From positions 12,363 to 76,362 of the IMG/VR virus record IMGVR_UViG_2834631226_000004: 64,000 nucleotides of DNA; one strand, 5' to 3'. This document shows positions 1 through 8,595 of the stretch, in pieces (within the stretch, counting starts at the first letter, position 1; each line of letters starts with the position of its first letter). The notes under the pieces are model-generated. The model worked only from the letters and a program-made list of their open reading frames with translations, had not been told where the DNA came from and made no database searches. This DNA comes from a virus. Taxonomy: Duplodnaviria; Caudoviricetes. The position numbers and the translations under genes were made by a program.

Positions 1-72
1 CCACAGCATCGTTGTTTGCGGCACATGCCTCGTCCTCGGCGAGTCGTTTTCTTAGCCGCTCGATAAGGTCGG

Positions 73-804
73 TCACGCAGCCCTCCCCGCCATAAGCGCA
101 TCAAACGTCGCCAGGAATTCCAACTCCGCTTCCTCCGGTGACCAGTACCGCATCTTCACGCCCAGCTCTTTGCCGGCGTACCGCGCATGCCACGGCATTT
201 CACGCAGGTTGACCAGCTCGTCCGCAATGATTCGGTTGTCAGCGTCATGCACTTCGCGCGGCAGCTCCCGGTCCAACTGAAATCGCGCCGCGATAGCCAG
301 CCAGTTGTCCTGCTCAATCGCCCGGTAGTTGATAAGGTACGGCTTGAGCGGTCGCGGAATGTCCACGCAGTATGCTTCAGGGGCATCGTGGAGAAGGCCA
401 GCCAAAGCCACCTCCGGCGCGTGCTTGGCTGCAAGATGACGGGCAATCAGGACAGAATGTTCGGCGACGCTGTAGAACTTGATGCAGTGACCAGCGTATC
501 GGCATTGCAGGCCGAGCGAATGCGCGATGTCTTCGATGTGGACTTCGTGCGGTCTCGGAGACATCGGCCAGTATTTGCGGCCGGTGAACGTTTGCATGAA
601 ATCGCCGGTGCGGGGTGGCTCGGCTGGTGTGTTGCGGGTTAGGCCGATGTATTGTCCGTTGTCCTGGGACTGAGGACGGTTGTCGTTGGCGGCAACTGGG
701 GTACACCTTGTGCGCTCTTCGCGCAGCGCCACTGCAGCCTTAAAGGTGGCGATCTTTTTATCTGCGATCTCTCTAGCGTCTATCACTGCAGCGTATGGCA
801 TCAA
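73..804 (-). CDS. HD-domain phosphohydrolase (YfbR/YfdR-like 5'-deoxynucleotidase)
   Basis: EDIAHSL..RYAGH..YSVAEHS..LLHDAPEAY..DIPRPLK motifs. Confidence 0.85.
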   Translation of the reverse strand: MMPYAAVIDAREIADKKIATFKAAVALREERTRCTPVAANDNRPQSQDNGQYIGLTRNTPAEPPRTGDFMQTFTGRKYWPMSPRPHEVHIEDIAHSLGLQCRYAGHCIKFYSVAEHSVLIARHLAAKHAPEVALAGLLHDAPEAYCVDIPRPLKPYLINYRAIEQDNWLAIAARFQLDRELPREVHDADNRIIADELVNLREMPWHARYAGKELGVKMRYWSPEEAELEFLATFDALMAGRAA

Positions 805-1229
805 AACGCCTTCCCACCAGCCATAAGCCGGTTTTCGATTTTGTGGTCAGGGCGGTTGGCGTTGAATGCCATCTTCTCGACGACGGCGCCGCCGAGGTCA
901 TAGCCGAGGAATGCCGCCAGATCGCCGATCCGGATCATGGCGTCGGCCAGCTCCACCTCAGCCATAGGTCGGTGCGGCAGCTTGTCGTCCATCAGCACTT
1001 TACCGGGCCTGGACTTGCGATAGCCCTCCATCGCTTCGCTGATCTCGCTGTGAATCAGGCAAAGCATCTCAGGCACGTTGCGGTCCAGCGCCCTGCCTGT
1101 GGCGAGGTCAGTGTACCAGCCTGCTCTACGGCTTGCTGCGTGGCAGTCGGCTGCAAACAGGTTGATCGCTGCGGCGTGGTGGAATTCCACCTCCGCAGCG
1201 ATTTTTAAAGTCACGACGTTGTCACTCAT
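801..1229 (-). CDS. MazG-like NTP pyrophosphohydrolase
   Basis: LIHSEISEAMEG..EVELADAMIRI; ATG 1229 preceded by AGGAGA. Confidence 0.8.
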   Translation of the reverse strand: MSDNVVTLKIAAEVEFHHAAAINLFAADCHAASRRAGWYTDLATGRALDRNVPEMLCLIHSEISEAMEGYRKSRPGKVLMDDKLPHRPMAEVELADAMIRIGDLAAFLGYDLGGAVVEKMAFNANRPDHKIENRLMAGGKAF

Positions 1230-1436
1230 TCTTGTCTCCTCAGTGGCGGTGGTTGACCGCCAGTTGGTGGCTGGCGGCTGGTTGGGGATTGCTGGGGAAG
1301 TCGCTGTATAAATGCTAAAAAAAACCCGAATTTGCCGGTTGTTTCGGTGGTTATCCCCCATTGGCAATTGACCTTCGGCCCGTAGGGAGTCCTTATTGCC
1401 ATTGTGGTGCCAGCGAATCTTTCACTGGAGCACCAA

Positions 1437-1586
1437 ATGAAGACCTTCCTTAAGTTCAGGCACGGTAAAACCGAAGGTGAAGCGAACAACACTCTCGGAA
1501 TGTTGCTGCTAACGATCATTGCCGTAACCTACAGGCTTGCACCGTTCATCGCGCTGGGCGCTGGCGGATACTGGCATGTTCGCTAG
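1437..1586 (+). CDS. Small membrane protein
   Basis: GGAG RBS, hydrophobic C-terminal half, opposite strand to neighbours. Confidence 0.5.
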   Translation: MKTFLKFRHGKTEGEANNTLGMLLLTIIAVTYRLAPFIALGAGGYWHVR

Positions 1587-1590
1587 GGCG

Positions 1591-2826
1591 TCACGCCACT
1601 GCCCTCGCCGACTCATTATCATTGGCGGCATCCATCATCGCAACGCGAACGCGCGAAACTTCGCCATATTCCTTGTGGTAGCTGATCGACTGCATAGACC
1701 GGCCAGACAGGAAGCCCGAGCCAAAGTGCCACGCATCCTGCGGCGTCGGCGTCTGGTGAGATTCCGAAATCACCCCGCCGCCCTCAGAAGCGAACTTGCT
1801 CGAGTGGTGGATGTGAAAGCCATGGACGAAGCGGTGGCGAGTTGCGCCCCAGTCTTCGGCACGGCGGTGTGCCATGATGCTCGCCATGTCCTTGAGCTTG
1901 ACCGTGTGGCCATGCGTGGCGCCGATCATCACCTTGCCGAAACGGAACCAGAAGAACAGCGACGGGTCTACGTCGACAGTCACTCTCGGCTCATTGCGAT
2001 ACCAGGCGAGCAGGAAGTATGCGACTGCAACAGACGCGTGCTCATCGTGATTGCCTGGCAAGATGCGGACGGTGACGTGCCCATGCCGCTTAAGGCTGGC
2101 GTCGATCGATCGAACGACAAGCCGGCATGCGGTCATCAGCACCTTTTGATACCTGCCGTCGACCTGCAGAACGTTGCCCGAGCGTGCAGTCTTGTTCTCG
2201 TTGTTGTCAGAGTGGAGCAAGTCACCGCCACCCAAGACAATCGCATTGGCGGATGGCGGAGTGCGCGCAATCAGGTCTTCAATTGCTGAGCCAATGACAT
2301 GCTCCGCAATCTTTAAATCCCAATTCGTGTCTGTCTCGCGATGCCATGAGAAGAGTCCGATATGCCAGTCGGCCAATGGCGTCAGCGTCAGCAGATCGTC
2401 ATAGACGTGCGTCGGCGCGGCGATAGGTTCGGCGGGCTGAACATCACGGAATGCCTCTTTGAGGACGGCGGCGATATCGACTGGTGAGTGTTCCACCGCC
2501 GTCTTCTGCCACTGCTGGATAACGCGTCCCTCAGCATCGACGAGCGCGGACACACCTTTGACGACGTGACCGGTCGGGACTTCGAAACGCTCGCCGCGCT
2601 CCTGCGTCTGCTGGATATATGTGCCGCTCGGCGTGTTGCTGATACGGCTTATGCGAAAGCCAGGAAGGACAGGCTCTGTGCCCAGAAGGCCAGCTTCGGC
2701 AGCGCGTTTGATGCTCTCGGCAAGAGCGGACTTGCCGATGCCAAGCGCGGCGGCAGCCTTCACGAGCGTGCCGTGCTCTCTGTAGGCGTCGGCTCTTCGA
2801 CGTAGTTCTTCTATGGGTAGAGGCAT
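1591..2826 (-). CDS. Calcineurin-like metallophosphoesterase with N-terminal HTH
   Basis: ADWHIG, GGGDLLH, PGNHD, THGH, GFHIHH motifs. Confidence 0.85.
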   Translation of the reverse strand: MPLPIEELRRRADAYREHGTLVKAAAALGIGKSALAESIKRAAEAGLLGTEPVLPGFRISRISNTPSGTYIQQTQERGERFEVPTGHVVKGVSALVDAEGRVIQQWQKTAVEHSPVDIAAVLKEAFRDVQPAEPIAAPTHVYDDLLTLTPLADWHIGLFSWHRETDTNWDLKIAEHVIGSAIEDLIARTPPSANAIVLGGGDLLHSDNNENKTARSGNVLQVDGRYQKVLMTACRLVVRSIDASLKRHGHVTVRILPGNHDEHASVAVAYFLLAWYRNEPRVTVDVDPSLFFWFRFGKVMIGATHGHTVKLKDMASIMAHRRAEDWGATRHRFVHGFHIHHSSKFASEGGGVISESHQTPTPQDAWHFGSGFLSGRSMQSISYHKEYGEVSRVRVAMMDAANDNESARAVA

Positions 2827-2907
2827 GCAGTCTCCTCGATGTGGTGGTGAAGGCCGCTTGGTGGGCGGCCTGATGTCACTCTGACAAAGCCGGTGGGTTG
2901 GTGGGGG

Positions 2908-3246
2908 TCACTTCATCTCGTCGTAATCGAGGAAGTATGATTTGCCGCAGACGTCACAGCGGTAGCGCTCGCCATCCATGCCGCCGCCGACTTCCTTCAT
3001 GTTTGGACAGTCGCGAGTTGATGGATCGGCTATGCCGCAAGGCCGTGGACCTGAAGCCTGCTGCTCTGGTGCGCCCTTAAGACCACGCATCAGGAAAGCT
3101 GTTCGCTGTGCGGTCTCGTAAAAGAATTGCCATTCCTCTTGCGTCAGAGGGCGATTGAACCCAATCACGCACTCGGAGCTTTCGGGCTTGTTCCATCCGC
3201 GTTCGGCCAAAAGGTCTAGCTTTTTAAGAGACACGACGTTGCTCAT
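2908..3246 (-). CDS. Hypothetical protein (C-terminal Cys cluster)
   Basis: ORF in operon; CPNM..CDVC. Confidence 0.5.
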   Translation of the reverse strand: MSNVVSLKKLDLLAERGWNKPESSECVIGFNRPLTQEEWQFFYETAQRTAFLMRGLKGAPEQQASGPRPCGIADPSTRDCPNMKEVGGGMDGERYRCDVCGKSYFLDYDEMK

Positions 3247-3283
3247 CTGCTTCTTCCGCTGTGCTGTGGTTACTTGGTGGGGG

Positions 3284-3526
3284 TCAGGCGACGAACTGCG
3301 CGTCGAGCTTTCGGAGCGTCTGCTTTGCCGCGACCGCTTGCAGATCACCGCCGACGCGGAAATCCATGGCGCTGGTAATCCGCTGGCGAACCTGTTCGCG
3401 CGACGGCGTGCCGTTCATGAAGCCGATGCTGTGGTTGAAAACTTCGTTCTCAATCGTTTCGACCTCGACGCAGAAATCGATTGCCGGGTCTGGATGGTGG
3501 TCAAATTTTCCGAGTTTCTCTGTCAT
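3284..3526 (-). CDS. Hypothetical protein
   Basis: ORF in operon order. Confidence 0.5.
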   Translation of the reverse strand: MTEKLGKFDHHPDPAIDFCVEVETIENEVFNHSIGFMNGTPSREQVRQRITSAMDFRVGGDLQAVAAKQTLRKLDAQFVA

Positions 3527-3550
3527 GTTCCCTATCCTTTGTCTGAAGCC

Positions 3551-4222
3551 CTATGCGGGGCGGCGCGCCAGTAACTCACAAACCTCAGTCGAAGGCACAA
3601 CATAGCCATAGCCAACCAGCGAGCCTGAGAAGCCAATCGGTGCGGCCATAACCCCGACTGTGATGCCAATCAGATCGCCGTTCTCTGCAAAGGTTCCGCC
3701 GCCTGAGTGGCCCATCACAGTTGTGATGTCTGTCACATAGACCGATTTCCACGGACCTGTTTCGCGTGGCTCGCCGGCGATCTTGCCGTATGCGGCAACG
3801 AACTCGATTTTCAGGGGATTGCCGTAAGCAACGATAGGATCGCCCACCTTCACAGCGTGGCAGGCCAGTTTCGCGACGCCGAGGCCGTCCGACGACGTGC
3901 GCAGCAGTGCAATGTCATTGGCTTTGTTGACCCAGAGGACATCGGCTTTGCGAAGAGCGCCACCCTTCTCCTTCAACTGGACTTCCTTCGCGTCGCCGAC
4001 GACGTGCGCAGCAGTGACTATGAAGCCATCGCCGATATGAACGCCGGAGCCGTGGCCGTTTTCAAGCTGGATTTTAACGGTTGCCGTTTCGGTTGCGGCA
4101 GATGTTGGCGGAGGAAGGAGCGCGTAGGCGGCCGCAGAGGTCGCGGCAATGACGAGGAATAAGGCAACCAGGAATGCTGTTGGCGTACGCCGCGACGCGG
4201 CACGCAGGAATCGTCTGAGCAT
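3551..4222 (-). CDS. Trypsin-like (S1) serine protease with N-terminal signal/TM segment
   Basis: GSG..TAAHVV, DIALL, GHSGG catalytic triad motifs. Confidence 0.85.
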   Translation of the reverse strand: MLRRFLRAASRRTPTAFLVALFLVIAATSAAAYALLPPPTSAATETATVKIQLENGHGSGVHIGDGFIVTAAHVVGDAKEVQLKEKGGALRKADVLWVNKANDIALLRTSSDGLGVAKLACHAVKVGDPIVAYGNPLKIEFVAAYGKIAGEPRETGPWKSVYVTDITTVMGHSGGGTFAENGDLIGITVGVMAAPIGFSGSLVGYGYVVPSTEVCELLARRPA

Positions 4223-4302
4223 GATTATCCCCTCTTTCTGGCGACCGTGCGCCGATGTGGTGGTCTCGGTTGGTTGCCGAGCGGCTGGTGAGGCCGACAA
4301 TC

Positions 4303-4333
4303 AAGCTATACTGTTTTTACAAATTTGTCAAGA
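4303..4333 (-). promoter_or_regulatory. Sigma70-type promoter with ACAAATTTGT palindromic operator (copy 1)
   Basis: Minus strand CTTGACAAATTTGTAAAAACAGTATAGCTT; identical 31-mer at 43795-43825. Confidence 0.75.
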
Positions 4334-4357
4334 TTTACGGTCGCCTCAGAATCCCGA

Positions 4358-4391
4358 TTGACTCTTTAGAGTATGAGAACATAATAAGAAC
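4358..4391 (+). promoter_or_regulatory. Promoter with alphaproteobacterial LexA box
   Basis: TTGACT-N17-ATAATA overlapped by GAAC-N7-GAAC (4377-4391). Confidence 0.8.
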
Positions 4392-4394
4392 ATT

Positions 4395-4598
4395 ATGTCT
4401 CACAAGATGCGAACACAAGCAATGAAACAGTACAGATTTCAGGCTGGGCGCTGGATCGTAACAGTGCGCGCGCCGACCTTTGCCCACGCTAAAATAGCCG
4501 CCGCAGCAAAGCTGGATCAACGGGCAGCGAAGCTTTTTGCTAGTCCGCCTGCATGCGGCTGGAAGCTTGAACGACTAGCAGACACCACCAGAGGATAG
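4395..4598 (+). CDS. Hypothetical protein (SOS cassette)
   Basis: First ORF after the LexA box. Confidence 0.55.
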   Translation: MSHKMRTQAMKQYRFQAGRWIVTVRAPTFAHAKIAAAAKLDQRAAKLFASPPACGWKLERLADTTRG

Positions 4599-4602
4599 TC
4601 CT

Positions 4603-4809
4603 GTGCGCCCAGAAAGGCGAGAGCCGGAAGCCGACCCGGTTGACCACATCATTGCCTGGCACGACGGCGACAGCCGTGCCGCGATAGAGACCCTGATGGA
4701 GGACATCCAGCATTTGCGGATGCAGCTTGCGCTGGCGACCGCCGCGATGGGCAGAGGTTTTACGAGAGGCTGGCTACCGAATGAAGACCGGGATGACAGC
4801 AAACGATAA
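4603..4809 (+). CDS. Small conserved rhizobial-type hypothetical protein
   Basis: DPVDHIIAWHDGDSRAAIETL.. ORF coupled in operon. Confidence 0.65.
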   Translation: MRPERREPEADPVDHIIAWHDGDSRAAIETLMEDIQHLRMQLALATAAMGRGFTRGWLPNEDRDDSKR

Positions 4810-5275
4810 CGCATACGATTACAAGGAACTTGATCGGAAGAGAATATGGGTCATCTGCGAGGACTGTGAACTTCTTCGATCATTTGATGGCAACGCAGTA
4901 AAAACGGAATTTGCAGCGACACCGGCCCCAAGCCCTCTCCGTATGATCGCACAGAAGCTTATAGGCTGCCCGAAATCGAAGGAGGACTTCGGGCCGCGAT
5001 GCAGGATGAGCTACTATTGGACCTCCGAGGAACGATCAGCGAAGGCGGTGCAGGAAGAAGAGTCTGCCGGTGTGCGAGTGTTCGATCTTCGCTCTTGGGA
5101 GGTTGTTGTGGCAGGTTGTGGATCGTGCAAGCATGTTACGGAGTTACCACGGTGGAAGCTCTTAAAGATGGTCGAGGGTAACACGCCCCTAAAGGAATTA
5201 CAGCCCCGTCTGAAGTGCCGGAAGTGCGGCGAGAAGGGCGGCTCCTACATCACAATTGCAAAATTGCCGAGGTGA
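4793..5275 (+). CDS. Zn-binding hypothetical protein
   Basis: Several CxxC pairs. Confidence 0.65.
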   Translation: MTANDNAYDYKELDRKRIWVICEDCELLRSFDGNAVKTEFAATPAPSPLRMIAQKLIGCPKSKEDFGPRCRMSYYWTSEERSAKAVQEEESAGVRVFDLRSWEVVVAGCGSCKHVTELPRWKLLKMVEGNTPLKELQPRLKCRKCGEKGGSYITIAKLPR

Positions 5276-5277
5276 GT

Positions 5278-5940
5278 ATGTGTAATCTGTATCGCGTGAA
5301 GACCAATCAGGAATCTATCCGCGACATCGCTGGGATTATGCAAGAGCGGCTTAACCTGGAGCCAGACGTTGAAGTCTATCCAGACCGTCCGGCGCCAGTA
5401 GTGCGCAATGGAGAGAAAGGCCGGGAGCTGGTCGGGCTGACGTGGGGCATGCCCTCGCCGCAGTTCGTCACACAAGGCAAGCCAGATACCGGCGTGACCA
5501 ACATCCGCAATGTCACCTCCCCGCATTGGCGCCGGTGGCTGAGGCCAGAGAACCGTTGCGTGGTGCCGTGGACGACCTTCTGCGAATGGGAAGACACCAA
5601 GCCTCGTAAGACGAAGCGTTGGTTTGCGCTGAATGAGGAAGCGCCCCTAGCCTTCTTCGCCGGCATCTGGACGGAATGGCATGGAGTTCGCGGATCGATG
5701 AAGAACCCACGCGAGGGAGACCACCAGCTTTTTGCATTCCTGACGACGGAGCCAAACAGCGTCGTCAAACCGATCCACCCGAAGGCTATGCCGGTCATCC
5801 TGACAAACAAGGATGAGGTGGAGATGTGGCTGACCGCGCCATGGGAGGAAGCAAAGGAACTTCAGCGGCCATTGCCTGATGATGGGCTAGTGCTGCTACC
5901 GGTCGAAGATGAGACCAAGACAGCCGATCTATTCGGATAG
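5278..5940 (+). CDS. SOS response-associated peptidase (SRAP/YedK/HMCES family)
   Basis: N-terminal MCNLY, WGMP, NIR, FCEW, FAGIW, IHPKAMPVIL. Confidence 0.92.
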   Translation: MCNLYRVKTNQESIRDIAGIMQERLNLEPDVEVYPDRPAPVVRNGEKGRELVGLTWGMPSPQFVTQGKPDTGVTNIRNVTSPHWRRWLRPENRCVVPWTTFCEWEDTKPRKTKRWFALNEEAPLAFFAGIWTEWHGVRGSMKNPREGDHQLFAFLTTEPNSVVKPIHPKAMPVILTNKDEVEMWLTAPWEEAKELQRPLPDDGLVLLPVEDETKTADLFG

Positions 5941-5949
5941 GAGACTAAT

Positions 5950-6363
5950 ATGCATATCCGTCCTTACATTCTGGAAAATCACGGTGTCTACCCCAAGGCG
6001 CTACTGGAAGATGGTGACTTCTTTGGAGTGCAGAAAGCCATCCACGAGGACATCGACGCGCGACTGCTCGCGGAGGTGGATCGGGAATCGGACCTCACCG
6101 CTTATTCCGGATATGTCGCCATGGAACTTTGGGCCGATGACGACGACATACCGACCGGTGCGAGGATGGAGATTTTGTTCAGCGAGCGAAAAAGCGTTGC
6201 TGCCCTTCTCTATGACCACCCCAAGATTTCCGACGCGTTCATAGAGTGGGTGTTTTGCACCTCACCCGACGATGCCTTGACCGAGTGGAAGAGGAAGGTT
6301 CGCTGGCCGCTGATTGAAACGTCGCGGGGACCAGTAGAGATTATCGGGGATACCCATCCATGA
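5950..6363 (+). CDS. Hypothetical protein
   Basis: ORF with GGAG RBS. Confidence 0.6.
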   Translation: MHIRPYILENHGVYPKALLEDGDFFGVQKAIHEDIDARLLAEVDRESDLTAYSGYVAMELWADDDDIPTGARMEILFSERKSVAALLYDHPKISDAFIEWVFCTSPDDALTEWKRKVRWPLIETSRGPVEIIGDTHP

Positions 6364-6548
6364 GCGACCAGACCGATAAGGCCGGCGACGGCATTCATGA
6401 AAACCACTGGTGCGAGCATCCCGCCTGCAAAAAGTGGGGCGGGTTCGGGTATTCTCGATCAAAGGCCGAGAAATCCACCTGGCATTGCTGGGAGCATTAT
6501 CCGCATAAACAAATAAAAAACCCGCCCACCTCTCGGCAAGCGGGTTGA
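6360..6548 (+). CDS. Small Cys/His-rich hypothetical protein
   Basis: CEHPACKKWGGFG..HCWEH; ATGA overlap. Confidence 0.6.
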   Translation: MSDQTDKAGDGIHENHWCEHPACKKWGGFGYSRSKAEKSTWHCWEHYPHKQIKNPPTSRQAG

Positions 6549-6549
6549 T

Positions 6550-6894
6550 TTACGAAGACCGCGTCGCGCGTGGCTTCGACTGATTCTCCACGATGCGGTC
6601 GACGCGCAGTGTCATCTTGTCGACAGCGTCTTTGACTGCGCCGATCGCGCCCATGATCTGCTCAGTCTGCTCGCGAAGACCCGACTTGGAAACGTAGGTT
6701 TCCGCGACATGCAGACGGTGCGCTGCGAGTTCCTCTCTCGCCAAAGATGCCATCGCCGATGCAGCTGACGCCGCCGCAGACGCCTCGGTCTTGGCAGCGC
6801 CGATTTTGGCGTCGACGTACTTCCACAGGCCGAAGATGAAGCCGAAGACCAGTACGAAGAAGCCGACGGCCCCCATGATCTCGGCGCCGGTCAT
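6550..6894 (-). CDS. Putative holin-like membrane protein
   Basis: Single N-terminal TM plus coiled coil; last gene of lysis cassette. Confidence 0.55.
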   Translation of the reverse strand: MTGAEIMGAVGFFVLVFGFIFGLWKYVDAKIGAAKTEASAAASAASAMASLAREELAAHRLHVAETYVSKSGLREQTEQIMGAIGAVKDAVDKMTLRVDRIVENQSKPRATRSS

Positions 6895-7064
6895 GGCTTC
6901 ACCCCGCACAGTTTCTGCAGCTTCTCGTTTTCAGTGAGGATTTGCCGCTTTGTCTCTGACGTCATCTGGTCCTCGACAGAGGGCCGTACTGGACGCGCGA
7001 TGTCGCAGTAGCTACCGTTTGTCGCGCATCCACTTGCCAAGAGCGTCATCAACGCCAGCGTCAT
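6891..7064 (-). CDS. o-spanin (Rz1-like lipoprotein); start approximate
   Basis: Lipobox LASGC; overlaps 3' end of i-spanin in another frame. Confidence 0.75.
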   Translation of the reverse strand: MTLALMTLLASGCATNGSYCDIARPVRPSVEDQMTSETKRQILTENEKLQKLCGVKP

Positions 7065-7251
7065 CCAGATTCCTGATTTCATTTTCGACATCCCCGGCCT
7101 TCTTGATGGCCTTGGCATTCGCCGCGGCCTGTTCGTCTTTTGCCGCGGAGCGTCCTGCCCTCTGGCCATACAAAAAGACGCCCGCGAGGATCGCGAGCGC
7201 CGTACCGATTGCGGCTAGATAGCCTTTGAGTTTTGCCCACAAGAGGATCAA
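7012..7251 (-). CDS. i-spanin (Rz-like)
   Basis: N-terminal TM and helical periplasmic part, after endolysin. Confidence 0.7.
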   Translation of the reverse strand: MILLWAKLKGYLAAIGTALAILAGVFLYGQRAGRSAAKDEQAAANAKAIKKAGDVENEIRNLDDAGVDDALGKWMRDKR

Positions 7252-8174
7252 ACCACCACCTCCTTCCCGCGCCAGCTATTCCACCGGCGAGCGATGACAT
7301 CTCGATTGCGATAGGCGACATAGGCCACGACCGCCACGGCAACACCGGCGACGATCCAGCCCCAAGGAAGGCCAGCCACAAAAGCGAGCAAGCCTGAGCT
7401 TGCAGCTGAGCCGACACCCTTCGTGACGGCTTCCCTTGCCGCAGATGCGTCGCGCCGAAGCTGTGCAAGCGTGGCCGGACCGATGATACCATCAGCTATC
7501 AAATGTGGATGCGCCTTCTGATAAGCGATCACCGCGGCCTTTGTCTTCTCGCCCATCCAGCCATCGATGGCGCCGGGATTGAGGCCAGCCGCCGTCAGCA
7601 GCTCCTGCGCTTCCTTCACAACCGGATCAGGCTGGGCGGGCGGCTCGGCGGTAGCCTCCTTAGTCGCGCTCGCTTCGCCGGTGTAGATGCCCTTCTCAAA
7701 TAGCAGGGCCTCCTCCTTGCGTCGGCGCACGAGGCCCGGCAGCTTCTTGCCTTTCGCGGTGTTGTAGTTGGCGGCAAGATGAGCGGCGGCCTTCCCGATC
7801 TGGCCTCTGCGCCAGTAGTCGGCCCACGTCCAGTTCATGGCGCCGACGCCGAGATTGAAGGTGACAGAAGTGGCCGCGTCGAGCTCGTGCTGCTTGCGGT
7901 CGACGGGAGAACCGGCAACGACAGCGGGCACGTATTCGGCGGCAAGCACGGCATCGAGTATCGCGTCGCTCTGTGCGGCCGTGATCTTAGTCTTGCCTGG
8001 CACGAGCTTCGTGATGCCAATCTTGGCCAGCTCGCGCCGCACGGAATCGCTGCGCATCGTGAAACCGGTCCCGATAGTCGGCACCCCGACAGGATCGAGA
8101 TAGGCGGTGAGCGGATTGCCCTCATGCAGGCGCACGAAAGCCCTCCCCTGTGTGGAGATTTTGGTGATTGGCAT
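7248..8174 (-). CDS. Endolysin (GH24 lysozyme + PG-binding domain + C-terminal TM)
   Basis: HEG..AYLDPVGVPTIGTG, GLVRRRKEE; DGWMGEKT..DGIIGPAT. Confidence 0.92.
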   Translation of the reverse strand: MPITKISTQGRAFVRLHEGNPLTAYLDPVGVPTIGTGFTMRSDSVRRELAKIGITKLVPGKTKITAAQSDAILDAVLAAEYVPAVVAGSPVDRKQHELDAATSVTFNLGVGAMNWTWADYWRRGQIGKAAAHLAANYNTAKGKKLPGLVRRRKEEALLFEKGIYTGEASATKEATAEPPAQPDPVVKEAQELLTAAGLNPGAIDGWMGEKTKAAVIAYQKAHPHLIADGIIGPATLAQLRRDASAAREAVTKGVGSAASSGLLAFVAGLPWGWIVAGVAVAVVAYVAYRNRDVIARRWNSWRGKEVVV

Positions 8175-8258
8175 TTGGTTTCCTTTTGAGGGGTAGGGCT
8201 GGGAACGTTCGGTCTGTCGGCGCGTTTAGACGGCGCCATGTCCCCAATTCCATGGCCT

Positions 8259-8298
8259 AAAGACCCGCGCACGCATCCCCCCGCTGCGCGGGTCTTTT
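8259..8298. terminator. Bidirectional intrinsic terminator-like hairpin
   Basis: AAAGACCCGCGCA/TGCGCGGGTCTTT inverted repeat. Confidence 0.6.
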
Positions 8299-8595
8299 GC
8301 TACTATTGATACAGCCGAAACTTGCAGATATGGAGAAGCGCCGCGCTCATAACAGGCCGAGGCACGGAGGCTTGGCGCTTGGCGGAGCGTCGGGCCTCTT
8401 TTGTTTTGCTTTCGGATCGCGCCCGAGGAAAGCGTGCTCGATCACAAAAATTGATCAACGCTAAGTCGTGCGCAAACTTCGGGGGTTAATTAGAAGATTC
8501 TGACTTGCGCCGGTCTGCAGGCTGAGCAATAACCCTTGACAACAGTAAATCAACCGGGCGTTGATGCGACCGGCGCATGTGTTGGGGGAGGAGCC

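Noticed and set aside
73-1229. Z-base (2-aminoadenine) genome system
   Set aside because: No PurZ or dedicated polymerase in the window; HD and MazG alone are insufficient
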